64,000 nucleotides of DNA from Amoeboaphelidium occidentale (lineage: Eukaryota), in NCBI GenBank assembly GCA_023515795.1, contig JALGPX010000014.1:124001-188000 (forward strand), written 5' to 3'. Within the stretch, counting starts at the first letter, position 1. Each line of letters begins with the position of its first letter. The notes beneath the pieces were generated by a model. It saw only the letters and a list, made by a program, of their open reading frames with translations. It made no database searches and was not told the origin of the DNA. Shown in pieces: positions 1 to 13,200 of the stretch. The translations under genes were made by a program, and so were the position numbers.

Positions 1-1333
1 TGCTGGTGCTACTGCGTTCTCGTGTGCTCAAAAGACGTATAATGGCGCAATCGCTGTCAACAGTACTTATGGGCCATGTGCTACGATTCTTGAAGCTGCA
101 AAACTGAAAGGATACATAACTGGCATGGTTGTTACGGCTTCAGTTACTGATGCTACTCCTGCTAGCTTTGCTTCTCACGTGACATATCGTTGGTATGAGC
201 AGATAATTGCTGAGCACTTGCTAGGTGTTAATTCTCCAATAGGTAGAACTGTCGATTTGCTGTTTGGTGGTGGCTTATGTCAGTTCGTTCCTCAGGGTGA
301 TGGTTCTTGCAGAAAGGATGGTCTCGATTTGATATCTCTTATTGAAGGTAACGTGGTATTGAACAGGAGTCATTTTGATGCTCTTGACGATTACACACTG
401 CCTGTGACTGGATTATTCTCACCTGGTCACATGCCGTACGCAATTGATCGCAATCTCACTGAAACACCTTCATTAAAGGAGATGGTCGAGAAATCCTTGA
501 AAATTATGAAGAAAAACACTGAGAATACTGCAGATGACAAGGGATTCTTCATGCTTATTGAAGGCTCTCGAATTGATCACGCAGCGCATAACAATGATCC
601 AGCTGCTCATGTTCACGAGATTCTAGCTTATCAGGAGATGGTTGAAGTGGTCAAGCAGTTTGTTGAAGAGAACCCTGGAACAATTTTGGTTTCAACTAGT
701 GATCACGAAACTGGAGGTTTAGATTTGGGTGTTCAACTGACACCTCAGTATCCAGATTATGCTTGGTATCCAGAGGTATTATCGAAAGTCAAGTATTCGA
801 CAGATGCTATCGCTTCCATGGTTCTTTCAGTCTCAAATGAGAACAAAAAATCATTTGTTTCAGATGTTGTTTTGCCAGAATTGCTTGGAGTTGATGACTT
901 TTCATGCGGAGACGTTCACTACCTTGCAAGCCCTGACAGAACATATACTGAACTTGTTTGGGCTCTAGGAAAGATTGTTAGTGATCGTGCAATGATCGGC
1001 TGGAGTACACATGGACATACCGGAGTTGATGTAAACCTTTACGGTTATGCAGGCTCAAAGTATCCTCATGTTTTGAACCCTATTAGAGGAAATGTTGAGA
1101 ACACTGATATAGGAAAGTTTTTACGTGAGTATCTTTCGTTGGATGAATCCATGTTCAAAGGTATTACAGAAGTATTGAATGTTGCTGTCAAGAATGGTAA
1201 ATACAAGACACATCCGGATGGTCAGCCTCCTGTTCCTGAATTCGTTGCTTCCAACAGTTATCACGGATCTATCAACCAAAATACTGAGTTTGTTGGAGAT
1301 AACACTAAGTACGAATTAAATGAAGAGCACTAG
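1..1333 (+). CDS. PHO8: Alkaline phosphatase (Pho8-like), 5'-truncated by window edge
   Basis: The frame is open from base 2 (AGATAFSCAQKTYNGAI...). Motifs: TDATPASFASH, FFMLIEGSRIDHAAHNND, STSDHETGG, GHTGVDV. Confidence 0.93.
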   Translation, partial: AGATAFSCAQKTYNGAIAVNSTYGPCATILEAAKLKGYITGMVVTASVTDATPASFASHVTYRWYEQIIAEHLLGVNSPIGRTVDLLFGGGLCQFVPQGDGSCRKDGLDLISLIEGNVVLNRSHFDALDDYTLPVTGLFSPGHMPYAIDRNLTETPSLKEMVEKSLKIMKKNTENTADDKGFFMLIEGSRIDHAAHNNDPAAHVHEILAYQEMVEVVKQFVEENPGTILVSTSDHETGGLDLGVQLTPQYPDYAWYPEVLSKVKYSTDAIASMVLSVSNENKKSFVSDVVLPELLGVDDFSCGDVHYLASPDRTYTELVWALGKIVSDRAMIGWSTHGHTGVDVNLYGYAGSKYPHVLNPIRGNVENTDIGKFLREYLSLDESMFKGITEVLNVAVKNGKYKTHPDGQPPVPEFVASNSYHGSINQNTEFVGDNTKYELNEEH

Positions 1334-1373
1334 AAACTAAATGTTACGAATAAATTTTAATAATTATGGATTC

Positions 1374-3557
1374 TCATTGCGGCAATCCGAAAATTCTTGC
1401 GCCAAGTTCCTCGTAGCCGAATTCTTCCCATTCTCCTGCTCTCATCCAACTATTCGGGTTCATGTAACCGTCTAGTCTGACTAAAATACTTGCACCTTTC
1501 CATGCCAATATTTCGCCTTCCAAATCTCTTGGTGATATTATTGCATCGCATAGACTTGCATCAACGCTGCTGTTGCTCCCACTAAATCCAAACGTTTCTT
1601 TTAATTGTTCGAAGGCTGCTGTCACTTTTTCGCGCAAAGCTGGACCAACTCCAGGAAAATGGCATAGTCCTCCGCCTGTAAGTAGAATGGAACTGAACAT
1701 CTTTACTATTCTTTCTTCTTCTGAAGAGCTCAATTGAATCTTGTTATCAACTTTTGAATTGTTGCCTTTGTTTTTCAACGCAGATTGTAACTTTGGTGAA
1801 GTCGACAGAATAGATAGTACAATTGCTGTCTGCAAGGGTATCAAACCGGTTTCAATTGAAAGCATGGCTTTAGGATCCTGTTCTGTAATATTTTCGGGTT
1901 CTGCTTTAGTTTCAGGTTCAGTTGACACATTATCTTTAACGTCATCATCGTTTAATGCTTTGCTTTCTTTGTTGGGATTGTAAACCATTTTTATAGGCTC
2001 CTTGTATAATGATGTTCTCTTATCGACAAGGTTATCCGGTTCAGAAATATGAAACGGAATCGCTGACGTTCCGAACTTTGTCTTAATGACGTTGTCAGAA
2101 TGCCAAAGTAATAAAGATGTGCTCTGGTCATCACGCGGTTCAAATTCTTTCAAAGCTTGAAGAGAAGACACCGGATGAAACATGGAGTAAACGGAGATAA
2201 GCGGTTCGTAGAACGTTTTGAAGTTATACATCAATGTCTTTTGGCCAGGCTGTCTAAGATAACATTCTCCATTCTGGACCGCAATATCAGAAATTTTAAA
2301 TGTACCGAACTTCTCTTTCATGCGCTGGAACATTGAGAAAATGTAAAGATTACTGCTCGAAAATAAATCATCACAGAACTCACTGTGCACAAATCCAGCT
2401 CTTTGAGTCATCAAAAGCCCAAATAAACGAGTAATGTCACTTCCACCGACATTTAAAGTAATTCGAGTTTCTGATATCAGCAAACCATCTTCAACGCACG
2501 AAATACTGGTCTTCTCTGCACCAACATCAACGACGCAGCCGACGGTTATTCCTGCACCAAAACAAGAAACAATCGACTCCTGATGAACCGAAACTGCTTC
2601 GAATTTCATATCTCTTATCAAGACGTCAAGCATAGATTCAATCAGAACCTTTTCAGCCAAATTCCCAATTACTAACAAAACTTTGTATGACTTCAGATCT
2701 TTGAGATCAATGCCTAAATCTTTTGAAATCAAATGTGACCAGATAAGCAGGAGATCAGTCTTAAACTGTTCCATGCTTTTGTATTGCAACGTATTTATCG
2801 TTCCGTTCTTTATGGGCTGAAACAACTCAAAATCTGAGTTCTGAACTAAATCTACTCGAAGGGCCTATAAAATAAGGTCATTAGAATATAATTCATGTCT
2901 TACATCTTCACCAACGTAGTAATTTTGTCCACCATCATCCTGAATCCACTCAATTCTAGCCGGATCATTATGCTCTTCAATTTTGGTTGGTTCCTTATTT
3001 TGACTGTTAAATGAAATAACTGTTGAACCAGAATTAGGAAGCAGACGCGACTTGGCATCTCTTGCCATCGCGTCTACGATAGGCTCCATTTCATCTGCGT
3101 AACTATAGACTTTAGTACGCAAACCTTCCAGCGTTCCGCCAAAAATATCAGAACTTTTGGCCTTCATCCTCCTGCAAATGAAATGAGGAGCAGTTCTTGG
3201 GATAGAATCGCTTGCTTTAGCTAATCTTATGTTTAAAGATCCGGGATGAATGACTATAACATCGCTACCATCAGACGCAAAGGAAAACGGAGGGATTCTG
3301 TAAGCTTCGTCAGTAACAGAATTTGGAGCGTCGTTCGATGCGGTTTCCTGTTCCATTCGGCTATCTGTGTCATCAGTATCCTTCTTCTGGTCTTCGCTTA
3401 AATCTGGTCTATTCCTCTTGTACCATCGTTTCAATGCCACCGAGCTTTCAGGTTCAGGCCTAACAAAAGCATATTCTCGTTTAATCGGGTGGTTGGCCCA
3501 TGAAGGGCAGCCGATGAAAGAAGTTGGTTTGAACCGGGATTTCGGTGAAATCGTCAT
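1374..3557 (-). CDS. ARP8: Actin-related protein 8 (INO80 subunit), 2 exons, intron 2865-2903
   Basis: Motifs VIVIHPGSLNIRL, IEEHNDP, CVVDVGAEKTSISCVEDG, AWKGAS. A 39-nt GT-AG intron joins VGED|ALRV. Confidence 0.85.
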
Positions 3558-3596
3558 ACTGAGAAAGGAATTTCTGCTCTATTCAATTCTAAACTG

Positions 3597-6500
3597 TCAC
3601 GCCTCAGGCCCAGAAGACAAAACAGGCTTCTTTCCTCTGTTTTCAGCCTTTTGAGGCGAATAAGTGCACTCTTCTCTAAGAATATCATCATCCATGGGGA
3701 AAGTTGTTGTGTTAAAGCTAAAGATTAGCGAAATATCAATTAAAGATCTTACTATAAGGAAACAAAATCAGGAAGTAATGCGGTAATAGCAATTCCTATA
3801 GCAAAGATGTAATATGACGGAGTCACGCTCACGTTTGCTGCTGCTCCTATCTCAGCCACAAGTCCCATGATTGCAGCCAAGTACATGAAAGCGATGTAAA
3901 CAAATATACTGAGACCGACCATTCCCAAATTAATAACATCCCACTGACGAATATTCAGTAAGAATTTTCCTGAGACAACCATCATCACAATTGTGGAGGC
4001 GAACCATGCTTGCATCCAGTAATCCATAACAAAACTACTGGATACTAAAATACCGTCTCCAATTAGCGCTACTAAACTAAAATAAACTATAGCAGACTGA
4101 GCTAATCCAAACAATAAGTAATAAACTAGTGTTTGCCACCTGTAGAAACTCATTTTAGATGCTTGTCTATAAGATTCAGGGTATGCTTCAATCATGTCTT
4201 CTTTCAAATCTCTCTCGAAGATACCCAAAGAAATAGGGAACAAAGATGTGAAAATAACATTGAACATCGCCAAAAAGTCTTCCTGATAAATCTGGAGACC
4301 ACACCAGCCACTAGCCAATCCGAACCAAAAGCAGATTGTAATAAAAAACAAGTTCTTGTAGAGGCAGTAATAGATCATTTTCTTCTGTCTGAAATTACAA
4401 TACCTGCCGTGAAAAGCAATTAAACGTTTTAAACATCTAAACTGCCCAATAGCGTAATCTGCAGCCCTCACAGCCTGTCCTCCTTCCATGCCAGCAATAC
4501 CGACACCAATATTGGCGCTTTGAATCATGGAAACATCGTTTGCTCCGTCTCCAACGCTAAGAGTGATTTTCTTTTCTTTCTTCTTTACTAACTTTACAAC
4601 TTGAGCCTTCTGCAGAGGCGTCACACGACAACAAAGCACAGCATGACACCGTCTGCCAACCTTGAGAAACTCATTAGGAGCATTTTCTAGGGCAAATCGC
4701 AAACATTCTCCAGTAACTACCAAAGCGTTTTTATCGTCATTGTTATTCTGTTGAACTTTTTGATATAATTCTTCCAGTTTTGATTTTGCTTCTTCCTTGT
4801 TATCGATCTCTAGCATCATCACGTTCATTCCAGTTGAGAAAAGTCGGCAAGAAATAGCAATCTTAATAGCGGTTTCTCGTTTATCTCCTGTCAACACCCA
4901 AAGCTTGATACCGCATTTCAAAAGATATTCAATAGTTTCTGGAACCTCGTCTTGCAGTTTGTCTTCGATAGCAGAACAGCCCAAAAGTGTCAAATTTTTT
5001 TCTATCATTGTTGCAGCTTCGTTCATTTTTTCCTCTCTATTCGTTAAGGATGCTGATGCTTCTGAATAAGCAGTCTTAAAAGAATCGAATTGCTCTTTGG
5101 TCAGAACGCAGTAGGCATAACATAATGTTCTAAGTCCTAAGTTTGAGAATTGAATAAGCTTCTGTTCAACTTCCTTTTTGAAGGNNNNNNNNNNNNNNNN
5201 NNNNNATTGTTGCAGCTTCGTTCATTTTTTCCTCTCTATTTGTTAAGGATGCTGATGCTTCTGAATAAGCAGTCTTAAAAGAATCGAATTGCTCTTTGGT
5301 CAGAACACAGTAGGCATAACATAATGTTCTAAGTCCTAAGTTTGAGAATTGAATAAGCTTCTGTTCAACTTCCTTTTTGAAGGTAGATTTGCCGCTTTCT
5401 TCTGACAATCTTTCGAATATGATGGAGTCTGCGCCTTTACAGAAAAGGACAACCCCTTCATTAGGTATGTTGAGTATAACTGACATCCGCTTTCTATCTG
5501 AGGAGAATTCGATAAGTTCCAACAGTTCGTAACTTTCATTTTTACCCAAAATGGATATCTTTATATTCTTCTTTCCTCTCTCGGTGACAATGATATCGTT
5601 TTCTTTCATGTTCAACAACAATGCAGCTTCATCGGGAGACTCGGCTTCATATGTAAACTCGTCTGATTCTTCTGTGAAATTTGGGATCGCTGTGTGACAA
5701 ATAGCAACGTGTCTAACGAACAGTTCCAAATCTTTTTTCTCTTCTGGACTCAGCTTCGAGTTATCACCTCTTAATGTTTTAAGTATGGATTTAGGTGAAG
5801 CAGATTCATCAAATAACATTCCACCGATGTACCATTTTGACAGACGCATAACATTCTGAGTAAGGGTTCCTGTTTTATCAGAGAAAATATAATCTACGTT
5901 TCCCAATTCTTCATTCAAATTCGAATTCTTAACAGAAGTGGAGACGAGCCGACCTTGAGAGTTCTCAAAAGCCAACTTTTCATCCCAGCCAATAAAAATC
6001 GCTTGGATGGCTCTGACGATTTCAAGAGATACAAACAGCGATATCGGAATGGTGTATGTGTAAAGAATGTAATAAGTCATAATCTGAAGGCCAGCCACAG
6101 CAGCAGCTGTCTGAAAAGGGTAGAAAATATACCATGCTTGTCCTGGATCCAAATTAGCAAAAGCCCATCGTGCTCCTAACAATGCACTCACAATCAGAAT
6201 AATTGCGTTGTATATAAACATGATTATCAACAATCGATTAAGTCTCCCATCTAAAGATGAGAATTTGAGTTTTGAGATTTGAAGATTTCTGAAGACTTTG
6301 GTATCAACTCCAGCATATACACATAAGCCATAAACATGATCTGTATTGCGGAGTTCTGCGCCACGAAGCAGCATCTGATTAATCGTTAATGGAAACTGGT
6401 TCTCTTGGCCTTCTGTAGAGCTTAATATCAATCGACCTTGAAAATGATTCAAGCGATTATTCGGCATCTCACACTCCACTCGACCTCTAAACCTACTCAA

Positions 6501-7149
6501 TGCTTCTGGTGTAATAGCTTCCATGGTACTTGCCAAAGCAGACCTTCTTTTGAGATTATTTTCACCATCCAATTGAGAGGTTTCGATGAAACATGTTCCA
6601 TCATCAAACGACGTACTGAGGACAATCATATCACAAGGAAACCTTTCGCCCTTTTTAGTGTAGATAATGTCACCAGCAACAAGATCTTGACATTTAACAT
6701 CAACCATCTTGCCATCTCGGAGAATCTTGCAAGGATACGAGTTGGCCTGCTTATCAGTTTTGTATCGACCATAATCTTCGATGGCATCCTTAAGAGCTGT
6801 GACGAAAAGCACAAACACAAGAGGCATGACCTGAGTAACAGGCGACAATGATGAAGCATTAGGAATGAAAGCAAAGATCGCAGCCAGTAAGAAGTAGATA
6901 TTGTAGAATCTACGGAACTATACATGATCATTAGTTAATAATCCAATAGAACTTTACTTGATTAAACAGATTAACAGGTAGGAAGGTCAAAAGAGTGTAT
7001 TTTGTAGTTCGGATGTAATTGTCAGGATAATCATAATCAAAATCTTCCACTTGGGCAGGATCATTCAATGGCACTTTGTAGACCTTCTCGCTTTCATCAA
7101 CTTCAGCGGTTTTCCTCTCAAGATTCTTCATCCTGAACCAATTCTTCAT
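3597..7149 (-). CDS. P4-type ATPase phospholipid flippase; introns about 3718-3752 and 6918-6957; assembly gap and duplication at about 5007-5383
   Basis: Motifs NYIRTTKYT, ETSQLDGE, IPISL, FSDKTGTLT, WVLTGDK, CCRVTPLQKA, GDGANDVSMI. The spliced last exon reads YFNTTTFPMDDDILRE...GPEA*. Confidence 0.92.
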
Positions 7150-7297
7150 TCTTCGTTCTGTATCGACGAAAGGATAGTTTCCGAAAGCAAAGTTTGTCAA
7201 TCAGGATTTCCACAAGATGACGTTTCCGTTCAGTCCATTACGAGCGCGCTCTTGTCCCACTGCGCTTAGATCATTTAATATCTGGACTTTTAACAGA

Positions 7298-10258
7298 ATG
7301 CCCTTACTGCCAAAGAGTCTGCGGCGCTTTAAAGCAACGCTGCCTGAGAAGACCATCCCAAAACCTCGGAGGGTGAATGTTGCGCAACTGTTCAATGACG
7401 AAGATGCTTTGAAGAATGCTATTAATGAAATGCAATCTTTATCTTCGTACCCCGTGGATGNNNNNNNTCCCAAAACCTCGGAGGGTGAACGTTGCGCAAC
7501 TGTTCAATGACGAAGATGCTTTGAAGAATGCTATTAATGAAATGCAATCTTTATCTTCGTACCCCGTGGATGTATTGCTTGAGACTCTGAAGGGTATCGA
7601 TGAAGGAACACTGAAGAATTACATTGACAAATTGAACGGTATGATCATGATACTCTGTAGATCATTAAATCTCTAGTGCTCTGCTATATATCATTAAAGA
7701 ACGTAGAGGATATTCAAACGCTTAGCAGGAAACAGTTGCTGGAGATTTTGCGCTTGTCCAAAGTGCCAGGGAATTTATTCGAGAAGGAAAGTGTTGATGT
7801 TTTACGTGTCGTTTGCAGGAACACAATGCTAGCGATAGTCGATAGAATGTCTAGAAGGGAGTTATCTTCGCATTTGTACAAATTAGGTTGGAAAGTCTGC
7901 AACGGATCAAAGGAAGATATGAACCCCGTTTTAAAGCTCTGGATTCTGGACCCTCAAAGTAGGCTATTCACAGGGAAAGCCCAAATGCACCGACTATATT
8001 TAGATCCTATTGATCGCAAGTTTGTTACTAATTTGAAGTTCTTTTCGTACCCAGAATTACAACATATGAACGAAAAGCAATTACAAACGGCTTTGAAAGT
8101 GAGGTATCAATTTGCTGAAGGATCAGCTGAGGAGATGCGATCGAGACTTATGGATTTTCAGGAACACATCATACTTAATGATTTCACACCAGACGATTGC
8201 CTTGAATTTCTCAAGAGCCGGTATTGGTGTTCAAAAATGCATAGTTCGACTAGTGAATACGCTAGAAGACTATGCCTCGCGTACCTGAGACATCCATATT
8301 GTGGTTCTTTCATTTTCAGCACCCTTTCCAAATACCAACCAGTTGCAGAATCAGGTTGGACTCCGCAAGACGATGAGATTGTTCGAAAAGCAGTTCAGGA
8401 AGCGAAAGAAATTTGCTCCAACCAATTGGTATCACAACCCCAGATGACTGCAGAGGATGTTTACTCCATGCTACCTAGTCGCTTGAAGAATAAGATTAAT
8501 GTATTTATTGAGAATGTTCCAATCTTGTCTTACAACGGAACAATACTGTGGAGTTTGAAGAAAGATTTAGAGTATCAGAATGAACTTGTTGATGTATGGG
8601 ACCTTGCATCCTCTATCGCAAATATTACATATCATTTGGGGCGAAGACCGGCTGCAATTAAACAGAGATACTTACGGTTACAAGTCGCAGACTCTATAAA
8701 ATCAGAGAAATTGGCCAACAGCTCAAAGAGAAGGGAGAGTAAGAAAGAAAATCACAAACAAAAGGCCGAAACAGAGAAGACCGTCCACAAATTATTGTTT
8801 TGGGACGAAGTCAAGAGTATGAGCGAAGAAACATTGAGGAAACTGGCTTTGGAACGAGGGATAATGGTTGGCTCAGCAGAGGAAATGCGAAAGAAAATAT
8901 GGGAACATCAAGACAAAATGATTGCGAACAACAATAACAAGAAATACTGGCGGCGTATTCTTGAGGAGAACTGCTGGAATTCTAGTTCTGTTTCTCTGGA
9001 TGTCCGGAAAAGAGTTCTTCAACTAGTCAGGAGTCCTCTTTCCGTTGAGTTTATCGTAAAACAACGGACCAAAGACAAGTCGACAGCTCAAGAGAAAAGA
9101 TCATTAGTGGAAGAGGCTCATAATTGTGCGTTCCAGGCTTACTTAAGATTTTTCTCTGAAGATAAGGTAAAAGAATTCAGTTTAACTTTGAATCATGAAG
9201 AAAATCGATTTACAATCGGTGCAGAGGCTTCTACTCCTGTTTACGAGTCATTCTTTTCAAGCCCTACTCTTTCGGGTGCTAACTCCTTCTGGATGCTAGT
9301 CTCTGCATATTTGAAAAGAAACGGGGGCATCGGCCTTTCAGATGAAGATTGCTTCAAGTTGTACCATGGATTGGAAATCGGGAGAAAGACCAGAGGGAAG
9401 AATTCAATGGCTTATAAAGCTTTGACTTCAGAAGAAAGTATTAGCGACTCGTTTTACTTGAAGGAGTTGCCGATGAATAACCAATTGACTACAGAATCTT
9501 TGATCTCAGTTTCTGATCTTTATAACTATTTTGACCTTAAACAAGCTACGCCTCGCCATAATGCGGTTATTCGTGCTTTGTTCAAGAAGTATATGTCTAG
9601 GACTTACGATTTAATCGACTCGATGAATGAACAAGAAGCGAATCTTCTACTGGCCGATCGGTATTTTATTTCTTCTGGCTTGGAACATGATAAAGAGGCT
9701 CTTAAAGCATGGATTATTGATCCTTTTAACCGTAATTATCTTATCAAGGCCTCACAGAAAGATGACGCAGAAGCCTCCATTCTGAGTGTCGACAATGAGA
9801 TGTCACTGCGTTCACAAAAGGTTTTGGAAAATTGCCTAATGATGGTCAACGAAAAAATGCTTTCACACCAATTCTTCTTCGGTATCACAGAAGCGGAGAA
9901 GGAACAGATATCTAATACTCACCAGATATTTAAACCCTTGTCTCAGATACGGGCCTCGTTTAAAGCCCCTTGTACGATCAAACGGGATAATTTCTTGGAG
10001 TTGTTTGAAGCCGTGAACTACAAAAGGTTTGGTATTCAGCAAAGTGGAGAAACGATCATCAAAAAGCTCAAGTATATGAGCCGGCGCTCAGCTCACATTG
10101 AAAAAGAATTTAAAAATGAAAATATCAAAACCGAACAGAAAGCGCAATTCTTTAAAACCTTTCGTGATTTTTCTTTATTTCCTGTTTCAAAGGGTCGTTA
10201 TGCACAGACGAACGAAAGCGTTTTACATAAGTTGAAAGAACATTTAAGAAGTAAATAG
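7298..10258 (+). CDS. Hypothetical protein (~930 aa) with repeated SAP-like modules and a split Myb/SANT-like motif; intron 7639-7676
   Basis: Long ORF 7676-10258 is joined to upstream exon MPLLPKSLRRFKA... by a 38-nt GT-AG intron. Gap duplication at about 7356-7570. Confidence 0.7.
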
Positions 10259-10263
10259 ACAAC

Positions 10264-13200
10264 TCATTCGCTTGGAAGTTCAACTGGCGGACTTATCTCA
10301 CCGAATGCCTTATGTCCTTCATACTTCTGTTTGGCGAGTTTTCTCAAGAGTTGAGATGCAGATTCGCCTCCATCATCAACCATACTTGCGAATACACCGT
10401 TAGATTTTTGCAATAGTACATGAGGAGCATCATACTCAACAACATTTCCGTCTTTCAGAACTAATATTCTATCATAGTCAATAACCGTATTAAGACGATG
10501 AGCGATAGTAATTATTGAAGAATTGCAGAAATTTTTTCTCAAACAATCTTGTATCAATTGATCGCTTTGCATGTCAACGTTGGCAGTTGCTTCATCCATC
10601 ACAAGGATCTTGGGTTTCCTTAACATTGCTCTAGCCAAACAAAGAAGTTGTCTCTGTCCTGAACTGAAATTTTCACCGTTACTATCAACTTTTGCCTCTA
10701 ATCCCTCTGCAAGTTTTGATATGGACGGTTTCAAGTTAACACCCTCTAAAGCGTTCCAAATATCTACATCTTGGTACTCATTGAATGGATCCAAATTTGA
10801 TCGTATTGTGCCTGTAAACAGAACAGGATCTTGCGGAATAATACTTAGTTTAGATCGCAAATCACGCAGTCCAATCTTCAAGGTATCTACATCATTGATC
10901 ACAATGGTTCCCGAAAACGGTTCAACAAGTCTGAATAGAGCCAAAGTAACCGTGCTTTTGCCCTAAAAATATGAATTACTTCGTCAAATAAAACTTACTG
11001 CGCCCGTTCTTCCAACAATACCGATCTTTTCTTTGTCTTTGATAGTGAAGCTTATCTTCTTAAGCACTGAAGCTCCATCTACAGAGTACTTCACTTCTAA
11101 ATCTTTGAATTCAACGTCACCCTTCGTAGGCCATTCCTTTGGAGGACGATTGCTTTCAATAACATCAGGAGCTTCTTCTTCCAAATTCTTGGAGTAATAA
11201 TGCAACCTTTCAATACTGTTTGCGTTGACTTCCACTTCAGCAGCTTGGCGAACAGTCATGTTCATAGAGGTAGTAACTTGAAGAGAATAAGACAATGCAA
11301 TACCTATCAAAGCCCCACTTATCGAATTAGCTCCAAGAACACAGAATAAAGCAGTAAAAAAGCAAATTAGAGCGCCAAAAAACTCCAACCGGACACCTAG
11401 CCATCTTTGAATCATCAGCTGCAGGTAATATGCCCTGTTATTGTTGTTAACAAAGTCGTCCAATTGGTCAATGAACTGTGTCTGTTTGGAGTAAGCTCTA
11501 ATAGTAGACAATCCAGTCGAACTCTCGCTCACGTGAGAATAGACAGGAGATCTACTTATTGATTCCATACGTTTTAATTCTCTACTAGATCTTATATAGA
11601 CTATAAGTAGGAAGATATATGCTCCAAAGATAGGGCCTAAGGGTGCCAAAAGCAAGGGAACACTGAATGACATTAAAGCCAATGTTGAAATCAAGCCAGC
11701 AAAAATTGTGAGTAAAAACTGCATGCTGCTAGGCAACGTAGAATCCATCACGTCAGTATCTTTGGAAAAGCGATTCACTATTCGGCCCAACGGCGTATTA
11801 TCAAAGAACTTGATGGGCGATCGGAATACTCTTCTGATAGCCATATTGTGGAAATTATTCGATGCTGCAGCAAAAGCGACTGAAAGAACGGCTCCAAGAA
11901 CACTAGTCATTAAACCTGACGACAGGCCCCAAGCAAAGTAGATCCCAGAAATAGATGAATCGTTCAACCCCCAAGTATATAATGTCCCTGAAGACCAGCC
12001 AACCAACCACAAATCATTACCAATTCTAGTTAATTGGCCGAAAACAACCAGAAATATAATAAGTGCCAACATCCAAGGTCCACCCATATTTTTAATATAT
12101 GAGTAGTAAACATCAGAGGCAACCGCACCAAACGCACGCTCTTCTTCGCTCATCTTCTTGGCAACTTTTTTCACCAACTCCTTTTCATCTTTCAGTTCCT
12201 TTTCTTTCTCTTTCTTTTCATCTTCATCATTATTACCAACATAAGAATTGATTAAAGTCGCACACTCTGCATTTGCCTGCATTATTTCGCTGTAAGTGCC
12301 TTGCTCTTTGATGAACCCTTCCTTCATAAAGACAATATAATCGGCTTCTCTAATGTATGCCAATTGATGTGTCACTAACAAGACTGTTTTATCCTTCAAG
12401 TGATTCTTTATGGCCTCTTCAAAGATGTGCTTTCCAACATGCACATCGACAGCCGACAGCGGATCGTCTAATAGTACAATATCCGGTGAAGCGTACAAAA
12501 TACGAGCAAGTGAAACACGAGCCTTCTGACCTCCACTAATCTGAACACCCTTTTCTCCAAGCAGAGTATCATCGCCGCTGGGCAACCATTCTAAATCCTT
12601 TTCAAGGGCAGACGCTTTGATAACAGCTTGATATTTCTGTTCATCATAAGGTTGTCCAAATAAGATATTAGCTTTAAGAGTTCCGTTCTGAATCCATGGT
12701 TGTTGTAAGGAGTATCCCATAGATCCGTGAATTGAAACGTTGCCGGANNNNNNNNNNNNNNNNNNNATAAGGTTGTCCAAATAAGATATTCGCTTTAAGA
12801 GTTCCGTTCTGAATCCATGGTTGTTGTAAGGAGTATCCCATAGATCCGTGAATTGAAACGTTGCCGGAAATCTTTTTGATTTCCCCCAACAGTGCACATA
12901 GCAATGTGCTTTTACCAGAACCAACTTGACCGATAAACGCAACCAATTGACCTCTTTTGATCTTTAAATTCACATTTTTCAAATGAATAACATCAGCTTG
13001 CTTCTCTTTACCAGAAGATTCTACTTCTTCCGCGGCAGATGCTTGAACGACCTCAATTGGTTGGGTTTTATCCTTTTTGTCGTCCTTCTTTTTCGCTTCT
13101 GGCATTGTTTCCCATTTGAAACTAGCGTCATCAAACTCAATAGAGTATTCACCTGATTTATCATTGTCTTGGTTAATACCCTCCAATTCTTCCGCATTGA

